Positions 60,903 through 64,000 of a stretch of DNA of 64,000 nucleotides are shown piece after piece. Source of the DNA: Thermodesulfovibrionales bacterium. Its GTDB lineage: Bacteria; Nitrospirota; Thermodesulfovibrionia; Thermodesulfovibrionales; SM23-35. The notes beneath the pieces are model-generated. The model saw only the letters and a list, made by a program, of their open reading frames with translations, was not told where the DNA came from and made no database searches. The stretch spans positions 32,001 through 96,000 of the forward strand of contig CAVQRT010000030.1 of the NCBI GenBank assembly GCA_963715195.1, read 5' to 3'. The position numbers and the translations under genes are program-made. Numbering within the stretch: the first letter of the stretch is position 1; each line of letters starts with the position of its first letter.

Positions 60903-60923
60903 CCTCGAAGCTCAGCTTCGGGG
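60903..60923. repeat. Short palindrome CCTCGAAGCT-C-AGCTTCGGGG
   Basis: Near-perfect 10-bp inverted repeat next to a REP-like element. Confidence 0.5.
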
Positions 60924-60940
60924 TTAATATTTTATTATGC

Positions 60941-61019
60941 TGTCATTACCGCTTCTCGGGAATCCTTTCTAATACTGCTCCCTATAGTAAGGAAAGATTC
61001 CGGCCAAGCCGGAATGACA
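60941..61019 (+). repeat. REP-like element
   Basis: TGTCATTACC..GGGAATCC..AAAGATTCCGGCCAAGCCGGAATGACA; 3' part identical to the 53.4 kb copy. Confidence 0.8.
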
Positions 61020-61053
61020 TTTTTTTGTACCTCGCAGCATACTGCAGGGTAGC

Positions 61054-62367
61054 TCATTTTTCCTTTGTTGCCGGTATCAGTATCCCGACCGTCCTGTTTT
61101 CTTCTTTCAGATATTGTTGCGCGATTCTGAGAATATCTTCCGGCGTTACTTTTCTGATTCCTTCAAGGTATCTATCCATAAGCCGCCAGCTCCCCAGCAT
61201 CTCGAACAGTCCGTACTGCATGGCCTGAAGATAAATTGAGTCCTGTCCCATGATAAATGATGATTCGATCTGGTTTTTTGCCTTCTGAATCTCGTTTTCG
61301 GCAGGAGGAGATTTTTTTAACGTCTCGATTTCCTGATTCAGCGCATGTTCGACATCTGTGATATTGGTTCCCGGTGATGCTGCGGCAAAAAAGAAGAACA
61401 AGTAGGGGTCCCGGAGAAAACCGCTGTAATCAGCAGATGCGCTGAGCGCAACCTTTTTTTCATACACGAGTGACTGATATAGTCTGGAACTCTTTCCGCC
61501 GGAGAGTATCAGGTTCAGCACATCAAGGGCATAGCTGTCTTCGTGCGGGAAACGGGGAACGTGATAGGCAGCAATAAGAAATGGGAGCTCAGCTTCTTTC
61601 TTGAGAAAGACCCTCCTCTCTCCTCTCTGCTCGGGCTCAGAATACGGAATTTTTTTAACCGGTTGATCTGAGGAGATATCCTCAAAGGAGCCCCTGATCT
61701 TCTCTATCATCTCATTGCCGTTGACATCGCCTACCACAACAATCAACGTATTTTCCGGAGCATAATGCGTTCTGTAATAACTGACCAAATCATCCCGCCC
61801 TGTTGACTGAAGATCGGACATCCAGCCGATTACTGGTCTTTGGTAAGGATGAACCTTGAATGCCATAGCTACAACTTCTTCGAAAAGAGAATTCTGGGGA
61901 TCATCCTCATACCGCAACCTTCTCTCTTCCATGACCACATTTTTTTCTGATATAAACTCCTTTTGATCAAGGAGAAGGTTCCGCATCCTGTCGGCTTCGA
62001 GGTTTGCCGCCAGGGCTATTCTGTCTGATGCAAAAAGCTCAAAATATACCGTATAATCCTTCGTTGTATAAGCGTTGTTCGTTCCACCATTTCTCTGCAC
62101 AATTTTTGACAGTACCGAAGGACCATAACGGGAGGTGCCCTTAAACATCATGTGTTCAAGCAAATGGCTGATTCCTGATTTCCCGGCCGGTTCATCTCTT
62201 GAGCCAACGCGGTACCAGACCTGGAAAGTCGCAACCGGAGCTTTGTGTTCCTCTACAATCAAAACTTTTACTCCGTTGCCGAGGGTATATTCCTGAACAT
62301 TTGCACCATATAAAAGAACAGGAGACAACATGAAAAGAAGTGTGAGGTATGCTCTGTAGTATTTCAT
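61054..62367 (-). CDS. M16 zinc peptidase, catalytic subunit
   Basis: HLLEHMMFKGT, NAYT, EERR. Confidence 0.93.
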   Translation of the reverse strand: MKYYRAYLTLLFMLSPVLLYGANVQEYTLGNGVKVLIVEEHKAPVATFQVWYRVGSRDEPAGKSGISHLLEHMMFKGTSRYGPSVLSKIVQRNGGTNNAYTTKDYTVYFELFASDRIALAANLEADRMRNLLLDQKEFISEKNVVMEERRLRYEDDPQNSLFEEVVAMAFKVHPYQRPVIGWMSDLQSTGRDDLVSYYRTHYAPENTLIVVVGDVNGNEMIEKIRGSFEDISSDQPVKKIPYSEPEQRGERRVFLKKEAELPFLIAAYHVPRFPHEDSYALDVLNLILSGGKSSRLYQSLVYEKKVALSASADYSGFLRDPYLFFFFAAASPGTNITDVEHALNQEIETLKKSPPAENEIQKAKNQIESSFIMGQDSIYLQAMQYGLFEMLGSWRLMDRYLEGIRKVTPEDILRIAQQYLKEENRTVGILIPATKEK

Positions 62368-62485
62368 ATTTAATTATAGCCAAAAGTTGAAAAAATAGTC
62401 TGAGTATAGACTTTCGGAAGCAACATCTATAGAATAATACTTGACCGTTTACAAAAAATAACCCTTGTAAAAAGGAGTGATACCG

Positions 62486-63481
62486 ATGCAGAAAAAAAGC
62501 ATACTAATTTGCGGCGTAGCAGCATATTTATTGCTCCTCTGTCTCCCGTCTTTTCTATTGGCACAGGTTCAGGAATATAAGGACTACACCGTAGAACGCG
62601 GAGATACCCTCTGGGATATTACGAAAGAAGAGTTGCAGGATCCTTTTTTATGGCCAAAGGTTTGGAATGCGAATCCCGATATCGATAACCCTGACAAGAT
62701 TTATCCGGATCAGAAAATAAAAATCCCTTTGCATCTCCTCCAGAAAGAGCTTACCCCTTCTGCACCAAAGCCGATAGTACAAACACCGATAAAGCCTAAA
62801 GCCGAAGAAAAAGCAGTTACGATTGAAAAACCTGTTAAGAAAGAATACCTCATTGATAAAAACCTGTTGATTCTAAGCGGCTATATCGCTGATGAAGTCC
62901 ATTCAGTAGGATCAGTTTATGACAAACCAGGAGAAATCACAAATCTCAGCAAAGGTGACTATGCTTATATTAAAACAAACAAAGCTGTAAAGAAGGATGA
63001 TAAATTTTACATTATTTATCCGGTTGAGGAAGTTAAGCATCCGGTCACGGGGAGCAATCTCGGAGTCCGTATTGCAATTTTAGGAACTGCGAAAGTGGTT
63101 GACGAGAATGATCCCAAAGTTCTTATAACAAGTTCTTTTGTCGAAATTCCGGTTGGAAGCCTTATCGATACCTATTACGAAATAGAGCCTCCTCTTGCGC
63201 CTGATAATCCCAGGAAGCCCGCAATCAACGGGTACGTTGTAACTACACTCAGGCGTATATATGCACATGGGAATCGGGACATCGTCTTCATAGATAAGGG
63301 GAAAAATGACGGACTGGAAGTGGGTGATTTGCTTGCTACCACATTGCAAAACGAGCATATAATCTTCAATGGGGTTGTTCAGGTAGTTAGTACAAGACCG
63401 TCGACTTCTGCCGCTATCATTAGAAAAGCTGCCAAGGAAATTAAAATAGGAGACCCAGTTACTGTCGTTACGCAGGAGTAG
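62486..63481 (+). CDS. LysM peptidoglycan-binding protein
   Basis: YTVERGDTLWDI..DPFLWPKVWNANPDIDNPDKIYP. Confidence 0.9.
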   Translation: MQKKSILICGVAAYLLLLCLPSFLLAQVQEYKDYTVERGDTLWDITKEELQDPFLWPKVWNANPDIDNPDKIYPDQKIKIPLHLLQKELTPSAPKPIVQTPIKPKAEEKAVTIEKPVKKEYLIDKNLLILSGYIADEVHSVGSVYDKPGEITNLSKGDYAYIKTNKAVKKDDKFYIIYPVEEVKHPVTGSNLGVRIAILGTAKVVDENDPKVLITSSFVEIPVGSLIDTYYEIEPPLAPDNPRKPAINGYVVTTLRRIYAHGNRDIVFIDKGKNDGLEVGDLLATTLQNEHIIFNGVVQVVSTRPSTSAAIIRKAAKEIKIGDPVTVVTQE

Positions 63482-64000
63482 TCGTCAGTCTCTTAAGGGC
63501 TTTCATCCTGCTAGGATGCTTCAGTTTTCGTAAGGCCTTTGCTTCTATCTGCCTGACTCTTTCACGTGTTATGGAAAGATGCCTTCCTACTTCTTCAAGC
63601 GTATGATCGCGGTCCGCGCCGATGCCGAAGCGCATTCTGATAACCATCTCTTCCTTCGGCGTCAGAGTCTTGAGCACCTGCTGTATCTGCTCCGACGTCT
63701 CTGTTTTCTCTGCATCTGAATAGGGAGACGGGCTGTTTTTATCCCCGATAAAATCCTCGAGTTCGGTATCTTCATCTCCAACCGGTGTCTGCAATGCAAT
63801 CGGATCCTGAATCGCCCGGAAGACCTCTTCAACTTTTCTTGTCGGAACAGTTAACTTCTGGGCAATCTCCTCGTTGGTCGGCTCTCTACCAAGCTGCTGG
63901 GTGAGTTCCCGCGAAGCCTTCGTGACCCTGTTATAGAACTCCATCATATGAACAGGGACACGAATTGTCTTTGTCTGGTCTATCAAAGCTCTTGTTATTG
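63468..64000 (-). CDS. rpoD: RNA polymerase sigma70 factor (3' part)
   Basis: ITRALIDQTKTIRVPVHM, TLEEVG..ITRERVRQIEAKALRKLKHP. Confidence 0.9.
   Translation of the reverse strand, partial: ITRALIDQTKTIRVPVHMMEFYNRVTKASRELTQQLGREPTNEEIAQKLTVPTRKVEEVFRAIQDPIALQTPVGDEDTELEDFIGDKNSPSPYSDAEKTETSEQIQQVLKTLTPKEEMVIRMRFGIGADRDHTLEEVGRHLSITRERVRQIEAKALRKLKHPSRMKALKRLTTTPA

Overview
Chromosomal window of a Gram-negative anaerobe with a reductive-type dissimilatory sulfite reduction system. The DsrA/DsrB sequences and gene order suggest Nitrospirota (Thermodesulfovibrionia-like); that assignment is an inference. Layout: (1) 1-5.4 kb is core: polA, a Lys-rich DUF4912 protein, a DUF3373-like porin and tRNA-Thr(CGT). 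(2) About 5.4-30.2 kb is a visibly AT-richer accessory tract behind the tRNA. It holds scattered single genes, an IS4 transposase, an integron attC site, unannotated small proteins, a cytochrome c/ZraP-like fusion and several ~70-110 nt imperfect hairpins, one of them duplicated with structure-preserving substitutions. (3) 30.3-37 kb holds pgm, eno, an AI-2E transporter, a B12 radical SAM enzyme and a HIT protein. (4) 37.1-53.3 kb is a large dsr cluster: dsrABD, dsrN, dsrC, dsrTMKJOP and a ferredoxin. It is interleaved with an uncharacterised accessory set (TPR, YkgJ Cys-cluster, two DVU0298-like HEAT proteins, a possible kinase-fold protein carrying an in-frame palindromic insert, FmdB zinc ribbon). 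dsrK and dsrJ each carry a single +1 frameshift, most likely sequencing error. (5) 53.5-64 kb holds bamA-skp-lpxD-fabZ-lpxA-lpxI, two M16 peptidases, a LysM protein and the 3' end of rpoD. All family assignments come from motif recognition by eye, not from database searches.
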